This document shows positions 1 to 9,495 of a stretch of DNA of 24,483 bases, one piece after another. Below the pieces are notes generated by a model. That model was not told the origin of the DNA. It saw nothing but the letters and a program-made list of their open reading frames with translations, and did not search any database. This DNA is from Synechococcus sp. (GTDB lineage Bacteria; Cyanobacteriota; Cyanobacteriia; Thermostichales; PCC-7336), in NCBI GenBank assembly GCA_051439605.1, contig JBFRWN010000001.1:1-24483 (forward strand), written 5' to 3'. The position numbers and the translations under genes were made by a program. Every line of letters begins with the position of its first letter. The stretch's first letter is position 1.

Positions 1-234
1 GGTCGCTTGTTCAAACCAGGGGTCCTGGATGGGATGCATCAGGCGCTGGGCTATGCTCTATCGCAACCGGGGGTTCACTGCGCGATCGTTGCTGCAAATA
101 CGATCGCGCAACTGAAAGAAAATGTGCGCGTTGCGAGAGAATTCCAGACTTTGGATGCGATCGCTCTGGCCGAAATTGAACAGCGCACGGCAGCAGCTTG
201 GCAAGACAGCACCTTCTTCCGGGCTTGGTCGTGA
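1..234 (+). CDS. Aldo/keto reductase, C-terminal fragment (5' end outside the window)
   Basis: Frame is open from position 1. YALSQPGVHCAIVAANTIAQLKENV resembles the AKR C-terminal NADPH-binding segment. TGA ends at 234. Confidence 0.75.
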   Translation, partial: GRLFKPGVLDGMHQALGYALSQPGVHCAIVAANTIAQLKENVRVAREFQTLDAIALAEIEQRTAAAWQDSTFFRAWS

Positions 235-285
235 TCCTTTTAGCGTTGCCATGACACGATAAGCAGGAGTAAACCATCCAGATCG

Positions 286-323
286 ATGTCCAATGGTGAC
301 GACTCATGCCCAATGGTGACGAC
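286..323 (+). repeat. 18-bp direct repeat (20-bp period) that duplicates the start of the 104-aa gene
   Basis: atgtccaatggtgacgac (286-303) versus atgcccaatggtgacgac (306-323); 17/18 identical. Confidence 0.85.
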
Positions 324-620
324 AAAAATTGGATTCAGCTTTGTGCTACGATCGACGGGTTTCGCGTCCGCTACGATCGCTGGCCCACCCGCGTCCGCCT
401 ATTCCCTGGGGCACTGAACAAAATCCGCAACCAACTTTTCACACCTGAAGACTACGCAAAAATTACCGCCAAGTTAATGCTGATTGCCGATGATGCACCG
501 ATGGTGGCAGAAGATGACTTGGGAGGTCGCTACAGCTACGGTCAGGAGGGGTTCTCTTCAGAGCGTCAGCCTCCACGAGCATCTAAATGGTTGGGCGTGA
601 AGCCAAGTGCGCTCCATTGA
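306..620 (+). CDS. Hypothetical protein (104 aa)
   Basis: ATG-started ORF with globular composition, co-oriented directly after the AKR gene. No family recognised. Confidence 0.65.
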   Translation: MPNGDDKNWIQLCATIDGFRVRYDRWPTRVRLFPGALNKIRNQLFTPEDYAKITAKLMLIADDAPMVAEDDLGGRYSYGQEGFSSERQPPRASKWLGVKPSALH

Positions 621-1132
621 GAGTGACGCAGATTCTCAAAAGCATCAGTGCACGAGAGAAGTTTCATCGTTTTCCAAGGATCCGATAGCAGCTATAGGGA
701 GCAGGATTTTGGCATAACGGTGGTTCTATCGGGACAGTGGGAGATGGAGTCCCCAGTGAGATTGACAAAAAATAGGTTCGCGAACAGGGGAGTCGAGAAG
801 TGAAGGAGAACGAGTATCAAATTCAGCGATTTTAGCTATGACTTTCCCTGTACCCCGTAGCTTTCTGCCGGGTCAACGTTAGTCAGGGAATGGGCTCATA
901 CCCAAATTTCTGACTGACTAGGCGATCTCCTACTAGATGGCTAATCGGTTCTGACACCAAATCCGGATATCCATGACCTCGAAACAAGACGTTCAATCAT
1001 AATGCTGTTATTAGGAGAAATTAAGGGTTAGAGAGCTAATAGTGATTAGGGGGGATATATAAAGGATTAAGACTTAAAAAGCTCTTGAATAGCAACAGAT
1101 TTACAAACTTAGATGATTGAGTAGGCTTCAAC

Positions 1133-1279
1133 TGAAGGGGCTAGGATCGTTCTTTGCGTTCGCACCAGGACACACTAGTGGATCGGTATCTTGACTAACG
1201 ATCTATTTGCTACAATTCCTACGGAAAGATTGCCGATTTCACTAATGAACGGCTCGTAAATTTTACCTCCAACTGAACC
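1133..1279 (+). repeat. Copy 1 of a ~147-bp diverged non-coding direct repeat (upstream of the precursor gene)
   Basis: Aligns with 6309-6456 at about 107/148 positions with one gap (manual alignment). Shared blocks include tgaaggggct..gatcgttctttgcg.tcgcac and acggaaagattgcc. Confidence 0.85.
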
Positions 1280-1380
1280 GCACCATTTTTTCATTCTATG
1301 AAGACTTCTAAATCTTAATAAACTCAACTGATAAACTGTATATATCAAATAGATGACGTTTTGCTTTGGGAGACGTATCA

Positions 1381-1644
1381 ATGGAACTCATGAAACTCGA
1401 TAACCTCTCTCTCGTTGAAGCTATGGATGAAGAGATGGCTGAGAAAATCATTGGTGGCGAAGATATTCCTACACAAACTGTTTCGGTCACTTTTCCTACA
1501 CAAACTGTTTCAGCTCCTGGTCCTTTTTTAGGCGGTCTAACGTTTTGCTTTGGTGCGGATGAATTTGGCCGGTGTCAATTATTCTTGGGTACTGAAGAGC
1601 AATGTGAGAGTGTGAATCCATGTACTTTCAGTGTTTCCTTGTAA
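1381..1644 (+). CDS. Double-glycine-leader secreted peptide precursor (bacteriocin/microcin-like), 87 aa
   Basis: GGAG at 1369-1372, 8 nt before ATG 1381. The 26-aa leader ends in EAMDEEMAEKIIGG, matching the ELS-EE-L--I-GG type. The 61-aa core has 4 Cys. It lies upstream of a C39 transporter and HlyD. Confidence 0.85.
   Translation: MELMKLDNLSLVEAMDEEMAEKIIGGEDIPTQTVSVTFPTQTVSAPGPFLGGLTFCFGADEFGRCQLFLGTEEQCESVNPCTFSVSL
1466..1511 (+). repeat. Perfect 19-bp direct repeat (27-bp period) inside the precursor core, encoding PTQTVS twice
   Basis: ttcctacacaaactgtttc at 1466-1484 and 1493-1511. Confidence 0.9.
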
Positions 1645-2565
1645 CTATTGGAGCGCAATATATACAGGGTAAGCGCAAGGAACTTTGAAGGACAGTGTAA
1701 TTTATAGGCACGATCTCGAACGAATCAGGTAGGGAGCACTTAGTCTTGATGCGTTTATTCTCAGCACTAAATGAGAATAAAATGACCTTATTGATTCTGC
1801 GCTTCCCCTGGCAATATCTCTAGAGAATTTTCGGTTGCTTATTGTGTGATACGAATACAGGTGGCACTGAATACTCTCATGGTTACTAACATTACATTGC
1901 AAATAAAGCAACTTTATCATTTGTAAGGCTTGATGGGTATCTTCACAGAGCTATTGCACCTTCTACTCTCCTTGGGTTGAGTATTTGTAACAGCCTCAAT
2001 GTGGGTTTTCACTGTTTGAGTGGTATATATTTTCCCCTCTTCTTTCGTTTGTCGAGATCGACTAAGATGATGCCAGGTTTAGATTGAGATGGTTATACAA
2101 AACTTCTAGCTTTGAATGTTTATTTTTGTTTCTCATATTTTGTCATCAATGCTTAGATTTATCAGCATTTCTTTTGGATTTTTCATGCAATAGTGTCTAT
2201 TTGATGCTATCTGAAAAGTTTTGGAATGCAGCTCCCAATGCATTCTTGACGGTTTAAAAATTCATTCCGATGTGGAACCAGCCCAAGATGCAATTAAGCT
2301 TGTGGCAATGCGGTTCCAGACTAGAGATAACAGACCAGCAATCTATTGCTCCATCCGATAGGGAGATTACGTTGGCATTCTAAAGCAGTTCTTGTTTGAG
2401 GATTGCATTGAGCAAATAACACTTAATGGTGACCATCTCATCAACTTTCGCTGTGACAGCACAGCTTTTGTTGTTAATCTCCCGATGTTTCCTGTCGAGC
2501 TCCTTCTAAGACATACATAACCCATATGTTTATGTTTGGTGGGAAAACTTTGTCTCATTGAGCCG

Positions 2566-4725
2566 ATGCAATATCCAGTCGTACGACAGCAAAGTAAAGA
2601 AGACTGTGGAGCTGCCTGTTTGGCGACAGTAGCGAAGTTTTACGGGCGGACGTTCTCCCTCACTCGTACCCGCGAAGCAGTGGGAACGGGCCATAAAGGT
2701 ACAACCCTACTTGGTTTGAGGCGGGGGGCGGAATCATTAGGATTCAATGCCCGTCACGTCAAAGCTAGCCCCGAATTGGTTGATCGAATCGAAGAAGCTC
2801 CTTTGCCGGCCATGCTCCATTGGAAAGGTCGTCATTGGGTAGTGTTGTACGGAATGAAACGACAAAAATACATCGTAGCGGACCCCGCTCACGGTCTGAT
2901 ATATCTCTCTCGTCAGCAGTTCATGGATGGTTGGAGAAACTACGCCATGTTGCTGCTAGTTCCCGACGAAGAGCGATTTTACCAACAGCCCAATGACACT
3001 GTTGGAACGATAGGTCGTTTCTTAAGGAGGGTAAGGCCATATCGCAACATTCTTTTGGAGGCGATCGCCATCAACGTGGCGATTGGGCTGCTGGCTTTAG
3101 CTATGCCTGTGGCTATGCAGCTCCTAACTGACGATGTCCTGGTTCGTCGTGACAAGCAACTGCTCTTCACAGTAGCCACCGTCATTATTGGTATGAACGT
3201 GTTTCGTACGGCGATTGGTTTAGCTCAAGCGCACCTAATCGGACAGTTCGGTCAGCGTTTGCAATTGGGGTTAACCCTCGACTACGGCTACAAACTGCTG
3301 CGACTCCCCCTATCCTATTTTGATGCCCGCCGCAGTGGAGAAGTGGTCAGTCGCTTAGCCGATGTTCGACTCGTCAACCAATTTTTAGCTCAGTTGGTCC
3401 TCGGTTTACCCAGTCAACTGTTCATTGCCCTCATTTCTGTTGGTTTAATGTTCCTCTACAGCTGGCAACTGACATTGGCTTCTATGCTGGCCTTTGGATT
3501 GGTGGCCTGTCTCAACCTGCTTTTTTTACCGGTATTGAGACAAAAGAGTCGTCAACTGATTGTCGAGAGTTCCGAGAACCAAGGATTTCTCGTGGAAACC
3601 TTTCGGGGGGCGATGGTACTCAAAACCACCTCTGCCACTCCTCAAGCTTGGGACGAATACCAGCTCAACTTTGGTCGATTGGCCAACATTCAGTGGATAA
3701 TAACGAAGATCGGTCTTTACAGCGCTACACTAACCCAATTTGTTTCCAGCTTGACCACCATTGGTTTGCTGTGGCTCGGTAGCTATTTCGTAATTGGGGG
3801 ACAACTCAGCATCGGTCAGCTGATTGCCTTCAATGGGATGAGTAGCAACTTCCTTGGGTTTCTTGCCCTTGCAGTGAGCTTGATTGACGAATTTGTCACT
3901 GCCCAAGTAGCCGTTCAACGGTTAAGCGAAGTGCTCGAGGCCAATCCCGAAAACTCCAATGATGACCCTGGTGCCCGAGTCCGGATTGCCGATGATGGAA
4001 ACATAACCTGCTCAAACCTGAACTTTCACCATGCTGGTCGAGTTGACCTTCTGAAGGACTTCAATCTCGTTATTCCCGGAGGAAAGGTGACGGCTCTAGT
4101 GGGACAGTCGGGATGCGGTAAAAGTACGTTGGCTAAGCTATTTGCTGGGTTGTACGAACTGCAGTCCGGTAATATCCGCTTCGGTCTGTTCAACCTAACC
4201 GACCTCGAACTGAGCAGTCTCCGCAAACAGGTGGTGCTCGTCCCTCAAGAGCCCCATTTTTGGAGTCGCAGTATCCTGGATAATTTCAGATTTGCTTACC
4301 CCGGCATCTCTTTAGAAAAGGTGGTAAGAATGTGTCAGATTACCATGGCAGATAATTTTATTAGCGAATTGCCGGATAAATACCAGACGGTATTAGGAGA
4401 GTTCGGTGCCAACTTATCAGGGGGACAAAAGCAACGGTTGGCAATTGCGAGAGCTCTGATTGCTAATCCACCGATTCTCATCTTGGACGAAGCTACTGGT
4501 GCTCTTGACCCTATCTCTGAGTCTCGACTGTTAGACCGTTTGCTCGAGTTTCGATATGGGAAAACAACCATTCTCATCAGTCATCGCCCCAGTGTAGTGC
4601 AGAGAGCTAATTACATCCTGTGGTTAGACAAAGGAGAACTCAAACTCAGTGGCACCCCTGAAGAGTTGGGGAGTCAACCGGGTGACCATCTTGCCTTTTT
4701 ACCTGGAGGCAAGGATGGAACATAA
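2566..4725 (+). CDS. Peptidase C39-containing ABC transporter (PCAT; SunT/HlyB/HetC-like)
   Basis: C39 motifs QQSKEDCGAAC, HWVV and ADPA; multiple TM helices; Walker A GQSGCGKST, signature LSGGQKQR, Walker B ILILDE and H-loop ISHR. Start placed at ATG 2566 (MQYPVV) rather than the track's 2536. Confidence 0.95.
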   Translation: MQYPVVRQQSKEDCGAACLATVAKFYGRTFSLTRTREAVGTGHKGTTLLGLRRGAESLGFNARHVKASPELVDRIEEAPLPAMLHWKGRHWVVLYGMKRQKYIVADPAHGLIYLSRQQFMDGWRNYAMLLLVPDEERFYQQPNDTVGTIGRFLRRVRPYRNILLEAIAINVAIGLLALAMPVAMQLLTDDVLVRRDKQLLFTVATVIIGMNVFRTAIGLAQAHLIGQFGQRLQLGLTLDYGYKLLRLPLSYFDARRSGEVVSRLADVRLVNQFLAQLVLGLPSQLFIALISVGLMFLYSWQLTLASMLAFGLVACLNLLFLPVLRQKSRQLIVESSENQGFLVETFRGAMVLKTTSATPQAWDEYQLNFGRLANIQWIITKIGLYSATLTQFVSSLTTIGLLWLGSYFVIGGQLSIGQLIAFNGMSSNFLGFLALAVSLIDEFVTAQVAVQRLSEVLEANPENSNDDPGARVRIADDGNITCSNLNFHHAGRVDLLKDFNLVIPGGKVTALVGQSGCGKSTLAKLFAGLYELQSGNIRFGLFNLTDLELSSLRKQVVLVPQEPHFWSRSILDNFRFAYPGISLEKVVRMCQITMADNFISELPDKYQTVLGEFGANLSGGQKQRLAIARALIANPPILILDEATGALDPISESRLLDRLLEFRYGKTTILISHRPSVVQRANYILWLDKGELKLSGTPEELGSQPGDHLAFLPGGKDGT

Positions 4726-6091
4726 CGAACTGGAACGGATGGCCGTCGACAGCTCCAAGGAGCTCCTAGACCCTACAGACGAACCCGTTTTTTTGCCACC
4801 AGCTGCTCCAGGGGATTTCCTTCCTCCCATCGGTAATTGGCCTACAGTGGGGGGCATTGTCATGTTGTTGGGATTTGTGGGAGCAGTCGGATTGTCTGCG
4901 GTATTGCCCTACACGGTCACAGTGCAGGCCTCTGCAAGGATTCGGCCAGCAGGTGATTTGCGAATTGTACAGGCAACAGCAGAAGGCACGATAGAACTGA
5001 TTGCGATTGAGGAAAATCAGCGAGTAGAGAAAGGGAATGTCATTGTTGCTATTGATGACTCTCAACTGCTCACCAGACAGCGACAATTAGAGACCGGTTT
5101 GGAGCGAGGTCGAGAACAACTGGATAGACTCAACGGTCAACTGGAAACGATTAACAGACAGATTGCTGCTCAAACAAAGGCTTCCGAACGGGATGCTGCA
5201 GCTTATATGGCGGAACTGGAACTAGAGCAAAGTGACTATCGGGAACGTCAGCTAGTGACCCAAGCAGATGTGGATGCAGTAGACGCGGAAGTTGCTTTAG
5301 CAAGAGAGGAATATCAGCGTTACCAACAATTAGCAGACTCGGGAGGGATATCCCAGTTGCAAGTATTGGAAAGGGAGTCTGCTCTCAATGCTGCATTGGC
5401 AAGGTTGGAACGAGCTAAGGCATCTTTGAATCCCAGTGAAGCTCCCGTCAGTCGGGCTTTGGAACGGTTAGAGCAAATTCGATCTAGCAATGTTGCTGCA
5501 TTGGCTGCTCTAAATCGAGAGCGAGAGGCATTATTGCAAAAGCAGTTAGAGCTGGAAGAACAACTCCTTCAGGAAGAGGACGATCTGGCACAGGTGGAAG
5601 TAGACCTGCAAAACACGGTGGTAAGAGCTCCTGTTGCGGGCATTATTCAGCAGCTGAATTTACGGAATATCGAACAAGTTGTTGGACGAGGAGATGAAAT
5701 TGCCAAGATTGCTCCCATCGACACAGAGCTAGTCATTGAAGCCTATGTAGCATCACGCGATATCAATTTGGTGGAGGTAGGACAAACAGCACAGATGAGG
5801 GTGAGTAGCTGCCCTTATCCAGATTTTGGAACATTGACGGGTACTGTGTTCGCGATTGCTCCAGATGTATCGGTATCGGAGTCTGGTTCAGGTCAGCAAG
5901 ATAACAAGCTGCCAACTACTTCGGACGGTTTCTACAAAGTACAAATCAACCCTTCAACACTGGAAATGACATTGAAAGGTCGGAATTGTCTGCTTCAGGC
6001 GGGAATGGAAGGAAGGCTAGATATCGAGACAGTGCGAGAATCGATTCTTTCCTTTCTCCTCAGAAAGGCGCGGCTTTTAAGCAATATCTGA
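4715..6091 (+). CDS. HlyD-family membrane fusion protein (type I secretion adaptor)
   Basis: N-terminal TM helix, lipoyl half-motifs (VQATAEGTI, VVRAPVAGII), long coiled coil, YPDFGTLTGTV and LQAGM. GGAGG at 4705-4709 precedes ATG 4715, which overlaps the PCAT 3' end by 11 nt. Confidence 0.93.
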   Translation: MEHNELERMAVDSSKELLDPTDEPVFLPPAAPGDFLPPIGNWPTVGGIVMLLGFVGAVGLSAVLPYTVTVQASARIRPAGDLRIVQATAEGTIELIAIEENQRVEKGNVIVAIDDSQLLTRQRQLETGLERGREQLDRLNGQLETINRQIAAQTKASERDAAAYMAELELEQSDYRERQLVTQADVDAVDAEVALAREEYQRYQQLADSGGISQLQVLERESALNAALARLERAKASLNPSEAPVSRALERLEQIRSSNVAALAALNREREALLQKQLELEEQLLQEEDDLAQVEVDLQNTVVRAPVAGIIQQLNLRNIEQVVGRGDEIAKIAPIDTELVIEAYVASRDINLVEVGQTAQMRVSSCPYPDFGTLTGTVFAIAPDVSVSESGSGQQDNKLPTTSDGFYKVQINPSTLEMTLKGRNCLLQAGMEGRLDIETVRESILSFLLRKARLLSNI

Positions 6092-6308
6092 GAATTAGCC
6101 TGCTGTAATTTATCCGTCGATTAGGTATCTTGCTCGGCACAGTTTAACCATGTGGATGGGTTAACGACAACGGTGTCGAATGTCTCAAATCCTAAACATT
6201 TCATTGCTATCCTTAAAATCACTCAGAGCAGGACAAGCAAGCAATCTTCTCAACAATCAACCATCCGTAGTCATCGTCGTATCGAAGCTACACTTTCCTC
6301 ATTCGTTG

Positions 6309-6456
6309 TGAAGGGGCTGAGATCGTTCTTTGCGATCGCACTAAGTCAAATCAGTCAATCACTATCACAACTCACGTTCCACTTCCTAACAGGCCAACGG
6401 AAAGATTGCCAATTTTACCGATGCACATCGCGATGAATATCATCTGCAATTGAACC
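6309..6456 (+). repeat. Copy 2 of the ~147-bp diverged non-coding direct repeat (downstream of HlyD)
   Basis: Homologous to 1133-1279. Contains an intact HIP1 at 6332-6339, where copy 1 has gcgttcgc. Ends 6 bp before the wecB stop codon. Confidence 0.85.
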
Positions 6457-6462
6457 TGCCCG

Positions 6463-7572
6463 TTAGGTGAAAAACACCCGCAGCGACTCTAAAATTCGCT
6501 GGGTAGCTCGTCCATCCCCAAAGGGATTGCTGGCTTGGGACATTTGAGTATAAAGCTCAGAGTTAGAGAGTAACTGACTGGCTGCTTCTACGATATCTTT
6601 GGAGCCTGTGCCCACAAGGCGGGCTGTCCCCGCGGCGATCGCCTCGGGCCGCTCGGTGGTTTCTCGCAGCACCAATACCGGCTTGCCCAACCCTGGTGCT
6701 TCCTCTTGAATCCCGCCAGAATCGCTCAAGATCAGGGTGCTGTGCTGCATGGCCGCCACCAGTTCCCCGTAGCTCAGGGGTTCCACCAACCAGGCTCGTG
6801 GATGCTGGTCGAGGGCAGCCTTGAGAGGCTTGCGAACTGTGGGGTTGCGGTGCAACGGTAGGAGTAGAGCTGTATCGGGGAAGCGATCGAGCAACGTTCG
6901 ATAAGCAGCCGCTATGGATATGAGGGGATCGCCCCAATTTTCTCTGCGATGGACCGTCGCTAACAGAATGCGATGGGATCGCCAGTCAAGGTCTGGAATG
7001 GGGAACGGTAAGTTCTTATCTGCCACCTGCAACAGCGCATCGATGACAGTGTTGCCAGTCTTCACGATCCGCCCCGTGACATCCGATCGCCGGAGGTTTT
7101 CTACGGCGCGATCGGTGGGGGCAAAGTTGAGGGTGGCCAACTGAGAAATCAGCCTGCGATTGGCCTCTTCCGGGAAAGGATTGAGCAGATTGTCGGTCCT
7201 TAAACCAGCCTCTATGTGGCCGATGGGAATTTTTTGATAAAAAGCTGCTAAAGCCGCTGTAAATGCTGTGGTGGTATCCCCTTGAACGATGGTGAAATCA
7301 GGGTGCGAAGTTTGAAAGTAGCGATCTAGACCTCGCAGACTGCGTTCTGTGATGTCAGTCAAGCTTTGCCCTGCCTGCATAATGTCCAGATTGATATTGG
7401 CGCTCAGATCGAACAGATCCATCACCTGCGCCACCATTTCTCTATGTTGGCCGGTCAGGACCACTTCAACATCAAAATCAACTGCATCTTGCAACCCCTG
7501 AATAACAGGGGCTAGCTTAATCGCCTCCGGTCGCGTTCCTAAAATAACGGCAATGCGGCCAAGTACAGTCAT
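6463..7572 (-). CDS. wecB: UDP-N-acetylglucosamine 2-epimerase (non-hydrolysing)
   Basis: Motifs GTRPEAIKLAP, TGQH, QGDTTT, HIEAGLR, PFPEEANR, HRREN, DSGGIQEEAP and TERPE. Confidence 0.97.
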   Translation of the reverse strand: MTVLGRIAVILGTRPEAIKLAPVIQGLQDAVDFDVEVVLTGQHREMVAQVMDLFDLSANINLDIMQAGQSLTDITERSLRGLDRYFQTSHPDFTIVQGDTTTAFTAALAAFYQKIPIGHIEAGLRTDNLLNPFPEEANRRLISQLATLNFAPTDRAVENLRRSDVTGRIVKTGNTVIDALLQVADKNLPFPIPDLDWRSHRILLATVHRRENWGDPLISIAAAYRTLLDRFPDTALLLPLHRNPTVRKPLKAALDQHPRAWLVEPLSYGELVAAMQHSTLILSDSGGIQEEAPGLGKPVLVLRETTERPEAIAAGTARLVGTGSKDIVEAASQLLSNSELYTQMSQASNPFGDGRATQRILESLRVFFT

Positions 7573-7703
7573 GGACTACCCATTGAATCCTTCACGAATG
7601 ATGTGGCGCTGAACTGTGAGGGCTCACGATACGCGAGCTAGTAAATAAGTGGGTTAACAATAACCCTTTGTGGCTAGCAACTGCTCATTTCAAAGACAAC
7701 AGT

Positions 7704-8339
7704 CTAGCTGTCAGTTGTTATGCGCTCCTCAGCCGGTCCAAACACCACTTCCTCTAGGGCCGTTAGGGTGTCCTCTAGACGATCGTTGACGATTGTGACA
7801 TCAAATTCGTCAGTTGCCAGTAACTCGGTTTCGGCGGTCTTGAGGCGTTGGGCGATACTGTTTTCTGAATCTTGGGAGCGATCGCGCAATCGTTTCTCCA
7901 GTTCTTCCATAGAGGGAGGGCTGATGAAGATTTTCAGTGCTTCGGGCCAGCGATCCATCACTTGACGAGCCCCCTGTAGCTCGATCTCTAACAGGATGTC
8001 ATTGCCTTGATTGAGCCGCTCGATCACAGGAGAGATGGGGGTGCCGTAGCAATTTCCTGCAAATTCTGCCCATTCTAGAAACTCCCCGCGATCGCGCAGT
8101 TCTTGAAACTGTTCGCGGCTATAGAAGTAGTAGTGAACGCCATGTTGTTCGCCGGGGCGAGGGGAACGGGTGGTGGCAGAAACAGAGAACCCTAGATCTG
8201 GATGACGTTCTCGCAAGGCTTTGATGAGGGTGCCTTTGCCTACACCGCTGGGGCCAGTGACCAGAATCAGCCGCCCACGATCCGCTGCATTCACCAGTTC
8301 GGAAGACAAAGACGGAGCGGGAGGAGAAGAGATGGACAT
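7704..8339 (-). CDS. gmk: Guanylate kinase
   Basis: Motifs GPSGVGKGT, SATTRSPRPGE, FLEWAEFAGNCYGT and LEIELQGARQV. Confidence 0.97.
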   Translation of the reverse strand: MSISSPPAPSLSSELVNAADRGRLILVTGPSGVGKGTLIKALRERHPDLGFSVSATTRSPRPGEQHGVHYYFYSREQFQELRDRGEFLEWAEFAGNCYGTPISPVIERLNQGNDILLEIELQGARQVMDRWPEALKIFISPPSMEELEKRLRDRSQDSENSIAQRLKTAETELLATDEFDVTIVNDRLEDTLTALEEVVFGPAEERITTDS

Positions 8340-8511
8340 TAGAAGTTAAGTCAGCAGGTTTTGTTTCACTACTCTACTACTTTGCCTCTGTTTAGTTGGG
8401 GTTCGTTTAGAGTTGTGACTGAGTTGTGAGGGTCGCAGAGATGGGACAAAGTAATGGAAAAACCTAGAGGAGATGTCTCTCAACAGGAGGTCATGCCTTT
8501 CGGGTGAAGTC

Positions 8512-9390
8512 TTATTCCAGTCCCAAGTGCTCCATTGCTGCTTGCCGCATGATATCCACCGGTACCTCGCGACCGCCTAGCCAAAGTGAAAGGGCGATCG
8601 CCCCCTGCTGAACCAGCATCTCCAATCCATCAATGGTGACCAAGCCTAGGGAATCTGCCAACTTGAGAAAATGAGTGGGCTTGGGAATGTAAACCAAATC
8701 GTAGGCGATCGCAGACTTGGGCAGTTGTTCCAACTGCTCTTTAGATAGTGGGGTTTTGAGAATTGCATCCGGATTGCGTTCTGACTGCATCCCCAGTGGG
8801 GTGGCATTGACCACTAGGAGAGCTTGAGGTAGCCATTGGGGTAAATCTTCCCAGGTGGCGGTATGAAGTCCCGACCAAGTGGATTGGAGGGCTGCCAGTT
8901 TTTCGGGAGATCGGCCCACAACGACCACCCGTTCCAATCCCAGCTCAAAACACCCCTGAATGACCGCGCGTGCAGCACCACCTGACCCTAAAATCAACGC
9001 GGTCGACTGGTTCCAGACGCGATCGAGTTGCTTGAGGGGATGTAGAAAACCGCTGACATCTGTATTGGTTCCCCCCCATCCCCCCTGAGGCAATGGATAA
9101 ATGGTGTTGACTGCCCCCACCTTCCGGGCTGCGTCTGCGATCTCAGCCAGAAAGGGTAAAACCGCTTGCTTGTGAGGAATGGTAACGCTGAGACCCATTA
9201 CAGAAATCGATTGAAATCCAGCTAAAGCCGTGCCAACCTCAGCTGACTTGACTGGGAATGGCAAGTAGACAGCGTCAATCCCCATATGGGCAAGCGCTGC
9301 ATTATGCATTGCGGGAGATAGGCTGTGGGCTACAGGGTCGCCAATCAGCCCCAGCAATTGGGTGGAACCGTGAATGGTTGGAGCTGCCAT
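8512..9390 (-). CDS. aroE: Shikimate dehydrogenase
   Basis: Motifs HSLSPAMHN, VTIPHK, GAVNT, NTD, GSGGAARA, NATPLG and GLEMLVQQG. Confidence 0.96.
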   Translation of the reverse strand: MAAPTIHGSTQLLGLIGDPVAHSLSPAMHNAALAHMGIDAVYLPFPVKSAEVGTALAGFQSISVMGLSVTIPHKQAVLPFLAEIADAARKVGAVNTIYPLPQGGWGGTNTDVSGFLHPLKQLDRVWNQSTALILGSGGAARAVIQGCFELGLERVVVVGRSPEKLAALQSTWSGLHTATWEDLPQWLPQALLVVNATPLGMQSERNPDAILKTPLSKEQLEQLPKSAIAYDLVYIPKPTHFLKLADSLGLVTIDGLEMLVQQGAIALSLWLGGREVPVDIMRQAAMEHLGLE

Positions 9391-9495
9391 GGGTGGGTTG
9401 AGAGAGGTGATTGAAGCTGCAAGGTGAATCCGTCAGTCAAACCAGCGATCGGCTGGGCTACCGATTTCAGAAGAAAACAGGGCAAGTTGCCACAA

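Noticed and set aside
713..883. attC-like ends (GCATAAC...GTTAGTC), with similar YAACG motifs at ~14723, ~16788 and ~16913
   Set aside because: No convincing internal L-box pairing or extended hairpin and no integron integrase in the window. IntegronFinder would be decisive.
953..968. gacaccaaatccggat matches 18700-18715 in inverted orientation (14/16), a possible MITE/IS end
   Set aside because: Short, partly palindromic, 17.7 kb apart and without a transposase; may be chance.
2351..2377. dif/Xer-like site (ccatccgatag-ggaga-ttacgttggca)
   Set aside because: Spacer is 5 bp rather than 6, and both arms match poorly.
6152..6436. 94-aa ORF after HlyD as a second precursor or immunity gene
   Set aside because: No GG leader, no RBS or TM pattern, and it overlaps the non-coding repeat.
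6309..6456. Known riboswitch (TPP GCTGAGA; glnA-type ATCGTTC...ACGGAA)
   Set aside because: Only short sub-motifs match. The remaining consensus elements and closing stems are absent, and copy 1 lacks GCTGAGA.
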